32,841 nt of DNA. Origin: Octopus bimaculoides (Eukaryota). A program made the translations under genes and the position numbers. Within the stretch, counting starts at the first letter, position 1. Each line of letters opens with the position of its first letter. Shown here piece by piece: positions 32,796-32,841 of this stretch. The stretch spans positions 24,415,423 to 24,448,263 of the forward strand of contig NC_068995.1 of the NCBI RefSeq assembly GCF_001194135.2. The letters are read 5' to 3'. Under the pieces are notes generated by a model. That model did not search any database. It was not told the origin of the DNA and was given only the letters and a program-made list of their open reading frames with translations.

Positions 32796-32841
32796 TAATA
32801 AAGTAATAATAGAGGGCTGTTAGAGAAGATTTCAACATCAG

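Overview
AT-rich, microsatellite-dense eukaryotic DNA with eight assembly gaps (about 3.5 kb of N, roughly 11%). No host protein-coding gene, tRNA/rRNA gene or CRISPR array can be supported. Almost all long ORFs in the track are artefacts of N runs or simple repeats. The repeat content (tRNA-derived SINE families, Tc1/mariner relics, Penelope-like elements) looks to me like a cephalopod, probably Octopus, genome; that is inference from recognition, not a search. The window is a transposon graveyard: at least five decayed Tc1/mariner elements (mariner DD34D-like and maT/DD37D-like), hAT-type MITEs, RTE and CR1/L2-type LINE fragments, a Penelope-like GIY-YIG fragment, and many SINEs. I found no evidence for a wholly new biological system. 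The best leads are: (i) several minimal type I hammerhead-ribozyme-like motifs at Penelope-type termini, one with a single core substitution; (ii) a Penelope ORF whose 5' part is inverted; (iii) a near-identical 289-bp SINE-dimer duplication whose ends match Pol III transcript boundaries; (iv) a 214-bp foldback element with nested hairpins; (v) a 557-bp element sitting inside an (ATT)n array, resembling a microsatellite-targeting retroelement.
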